Shown here one piece after another: positions 60,435 through 64,000 of a stretch of DNA of 64,000 nt. The notes below the pieces were generated by a model that was not told where the DNA came from, ran no database searches, and saw only the letters and a program-made list of their open reading frames with translations. A program made the position numbers and the translations under genes. Source of the stretch: the human T2T-CHM13v2.0 reference genome, Homo sapiens; NCBI RefSeq assembly GCF_009914755.1, contig NC_060933.1; one strand, given 5' to 3'. Position 1 is the stretch's first letter, and every line of letters begins with the position of its first letter.

Positions 60435-60734
60435 CCAGAGTTAGGGGCAATGCCCCTGGATCAACACTGCTCTGGGGACTATTCCAAATCCATCTTGGTA
60501 GCTTTTCCCACAATTGCCTCTCAATTTTCATGGATGACTGAGAGCATGGAGAAGAGTCTTCATGGGTGTCAAAGAATCTGGATGTTTCTCCATAAGCTGT
60601 TGCTCAGATTGCATGATCAGTGGATTAACATCAGTCCCATCCCCACCAGGCAGCTCTGACTAACACAAATACGCAGAACAGCCGCATCCTGAAATTACTC
60701 CAATGTATGCTTTCAATTCTACAAATCACATCCC
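60435..60734 (-). pseudogene. Possible remnant exon
   Basis: ctgaactcag|GGG...CTGG|gtgaat, 300 bp; starts GM*FVELKAYIGVISGCGCSAYLC*SEL. Confidence 0.3.
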
Positions 60735-62354
60735 CTGAGTTCAGAGCAGGATGTTGTTTGGGAAGATTAACAGCTGTGGGAATCATGCTGGGGGTTCTGG
60801 ATCCAGGCTTACCTGAAGGCTTGGCAAATATTCTGTACACCTATTGTGCACTGGTTCTGAGAGGGGTACTGGGGACAGAGGTGAACAGGACCCCATATCA
60901 CACTGGAGGAGTGCTAAGTCTGGGAGTGATTTATGAAGCCTCCTCCCTCAATCCTCAGAGGCTCAGTAGGCTCATAAATGTCCCTGTTGACCCTCACCTC
61001 CCACCCCCACCTCACCTAAGCAAACTGCAGGAAGACAATTCCCTCCTTGCACAGGGAACAGAGCACCAAACAAAGGGGAAGGGAAGGCAGTGTCCAGGAG
61101 GACAGCAGACTTCAAAACAAAGAATGCTCAAGGGCCATGTCCAAAGGGCTGAGTAAGAGGAAGAGAAGGAGCAACACTGGATCAGGAAGCTAGAGTAACT
61201 TTTAGTTTCTGGGGAGGAGTAGTGTGGGGCAAGGTATTGGTTGGGTAGAGACAAGAAGCTTAAACAGAAGGCAGGGCCCAAAGAAGCAAGCAGGCAGACG
61301 GAGTGAGCCACTCTTCAGAGCACCAGAGACGTGGGGCAGGCAGGGAGGACCATTGAGACAGAGAGTGGTAACCACGGCGATTTGCTGAGCACCATGCACC
61401 CGGCCACTGTGGCACGCCACACGTGTAAGATGAAGTCCAAAAATGCTGGTAAATCTTTTAGCCCAGTGCCAGGCCCAGGGAAAGAACAATCCTATGGAAT
61501 GGGCTGTATCTTTCCTCTTTTTTCATTTAAAATAATATATTAAAGGTCAGAGAACTAGAGTTTCAAGCCCTTGGTCCTACCACAAATGGGCCAGAGCCAC
61601 AATTCCTGCCTAGGTCTGTATGATCCAAGGGCTGTGCCCTTCACCCCTAGTTTTGCTACCTTCCAATTAGAGCTCTGAAACTGACAACATCCACCAACAT
61701 CTCTGGGTCAACATCAATTTCCTTGTCTGAAAAATGGGTTGTCTAGGGATTCAGGGTTGAAGGAATCAGTGTGACGAAGAAGTATTTGTCAAGTGGGGTG
61801 CATTATGCAAGTTTGTGGGGTGTGGCTGCTAGTTAGAGGCAGCGAAGGGAGGAAACAAGGGCAGGAAACATTGGTATAGCTCTTAGTATATGCCAGGCAC
61901 TGCTCTGAGTACCGTTCATGATATGAACCCATTCAATCCTCACCTCATCCCTAAGAGTGGGGGAACTATGATCATCTTCATTTTACAGGGAACCAGAGGC
62001 ACAGGGCATTAGGTAACCTTCCCAGTGTCCCACGGCTGCACCCGCAGAACCAGCTCCCACACTTGGCCATCTGCCTCAAGGCCCAAGCTCTTCCCCACTC
62101 CAGGCTGCATGGCACAGCAGAAACGCAGGCCTGGTGCCAGATAGGCGGTGAGAAGCCTGGCTCAGCCTAATAGTTCTGTGCCTTTTGCAACTCACTGAAA
62201 CTCTCTGGGACTATTTATCTCTAAAATGGAGATTTAAATGCAAGCACCCAGCTCACTGGGCCTATCAGGAGGATTTTGGGACGTGATGTAGGCAAAACAC
62301 TCAGTTCCATGCCTGGCACATGTAAGGGCTAAATGAATGGCAGCAGCTATGATG

Positions 62355-62472
62355 GTGAGGAGGAGGAGGAAAAAAAAGGAGAAGGAAGAGGAGGAAGAAA
62401 AGGAGGAGGTGGAGGAAAAGGAAGAGGGAGAAGAAAAGGAAGCAGAGAAAGAAGAGAAAGAGGAGGAGGGGA
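62355..62472. repeat. (GAG/GAA)n purine tract
   Basis: Direct reading. Confidence 0.85.
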
Positions 62473-62703
62473 ACGTGGACACCCACTGCCTACTCAGACT
62501 TGTTATTTCCGGCCTCTCCCTTGGCTTAGATGAGCCAATCTGCCATGTCAGCCAAAGGCAAGAAGGGCCCAGTCACCCACAGTTCCCATGCAGGGGGCTT
62601 CTCTCCCGCATTTCCCCCTGACAGCCCCTTCCTTGATCCCAGCAGCTCCCAAAGCCCCAAGTATAAGAAGCCCCATAAACAAATCCATTGAAGGCAAGGT
62701 CAC

Positions 62704-62930
62704 CCTTTGGGCCTGTAAATCAATAGGCTTTCCATGGCCATTTGCAGAATCAAAGGCATAGTCAGCTCCAGATAATACATCATGCTAGAGAGGCCAGGGG
62801 GTGGGAGCTGTCATCTCCACTCCACGAGCAGGAAAATCTATGTCTTCTCTTGGGCCCTGGTGCTAGTGTCACTGAGGGCTGCCCACTTGGTCTCTTGCAT
62901 GAGCCAGGGTGGGGCAAGTGGCTATAGCTG
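62704..62930 (-). pseudogene. Remnant exon (N-terminal region)
   Basis: cgcttacag|CAG...AAAGG|gtgacc; ...VEWR*QLPPPGLSSMMYYLELTMPLIL resembles RGS22 N-terminal RLPAFLESDCYFEYRLAKL. Confidence 0.4.
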
Positions 62931-63552
62931 CTGTAAGCGTGTGTGTGTAGAGAAGAGAGATTTGTTGTGTCGGGTTTTTTGTTTGTTTGTTTGTGTTTTT
63001 TTCCTAAGAGGCCATCAGCATTCTGGCAGCGTCCTGAGAAATTCATCAAATTATTTAACCTTTGCTGGAATAAATAATACATGTGCTTTCTCAGGATTTA
63101 TTCTGATTAAGCCGTTCTGGAGTGGTGCCAGGCCTGAGCCAGCCCCAGGAAAGGCAGGAAAGAGGCTGGTGGCACAGGATGGGAAATCAGAGGCCAGCTG
63201 AGGGCTGGATGGGAGGGGGCCGATGAGGCTGGAGGGCCCTTGTGGTGGAGATGGACCCCTATAAGCCCCTCCAGGTTGGTGGGTCGTTGAGGAAGAAGAT
63301 GAGCTCCATCAGCCTCTGTCTCTCCACCTGTAGGCTTTTTGCCTTCCTCTGGACATAAAAAGGGAGGTACAGTGGAGAGAGGGCTGAATTGGGGTTTGAA
63401 AATGTGGCTTAGAACTGCGAAGTGACCACCCGCATGTCCAGGAGTCTGAGAACCAAGCGGACCTGGGTTTGAATCCCTGCTCCACTCTGCCATCTGCTTC
63501 CATATGCACTTGCCCAGAGGGTGCTTGGGAAGCCCAGGATCTGCCCACAGTG

Positions 63553-63682
63553 AGTGCTCACCTTGATACTAGGTTGCTAGTATTGAGGTGATACTAGTTT
63601 CAAGTGCTTACCTCGATACTAGGTTGCTAGTATCGAGATGCTACTAGGTGATACTAGGTTTCGAGTGTTCACCTCCATACTA
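63553..63682. repeat. Palindromic ~50-bp tandem repeat, ~2.4 copies
   Basis: acctYgatactag-gttg-ctagtatYgag hairpin in each full unit. Confidence 0.88.
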
Positions 63683-63758
63683 CATTGGAACATATTAAAC
63701 TGATAGGTGACCAGCTTTAACCTACAAAAGGACCATTTCATATGACTCAACCTATGTA
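63681..63758. mobile_element. MADE2-like mariner MITE
   Basis: ~78 bp with TA ends; atttcatatgactcaacct TIR. Confidence 0.7.
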
Positions 63759-63774
63759 GGCATGGAGTGATGAT

Positions 63775-64000
63775 AATTAGAAGCACTAACATTGAGAGCT
63801 TTCTAGATGCTCTAATCTATATGCTTCCAACAAATAACCTTCTTTAAACTTCAGTCCTACAAGGTCTATACCATTATTTTCATCCTCATTTTATAGGTAG
63901 GGAAACTGAGGCCCAGAGAGGTCAGGAGCCTGCTGAAGGTCATCTAGTTGACAGAGGGCTGAGCTGGGATATGAACACAGTCTAGCCTAAGAACTCCTGT
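63775..64000. mobile_element. MIR
   Basis: cattttatagg..gaaactgaggcccagagagg core. Confidence 0.8.

Noticed and set aside
63553-63682. CRISPR or pre-miRNA call for the hairpin repeat
   Set aside because: The inter-hairpin sequence is itself repeated, and the stems are too short for a Drosha substrate.

Overview
Primate (human-like) genomic DNA, dense in Alu, L1, L2, MIR, MaLR LTRs and hAT/mariner elements. I see no intact protein-coding gene, and most listed ORFs are repeat or low-complexity artefacts. Main signal: about 25-30 exon-like segments on the minus strand between ~63350 and ~1100, in the gaps between repeats. They have polypyrimidine-AG acceptors and GT donors, several neighbours join in phase, and their stop-riddled translations repeatedly resemble RGS-domain motifs and the RGS22/RGSL1 family. 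I infer a decayed, possibly unitary, pseudogene of an RGS22/RGSL1-like multi-RGS-domain gene. The family call comes from hand translation and remembered sequences, not a database search. Also present: a C14orf119 processed pseudogene nested in an MST LTR inside an old L1, a MIR-derived 40/43-bp VNTR, a 127-bp inverted templated insertion carrying CRE palindromes, a local MIR duplication, and a small palindromic 50-bp tandem repeat beside a MADE2 element. Repeat subfamily names and boundaries are approximate.
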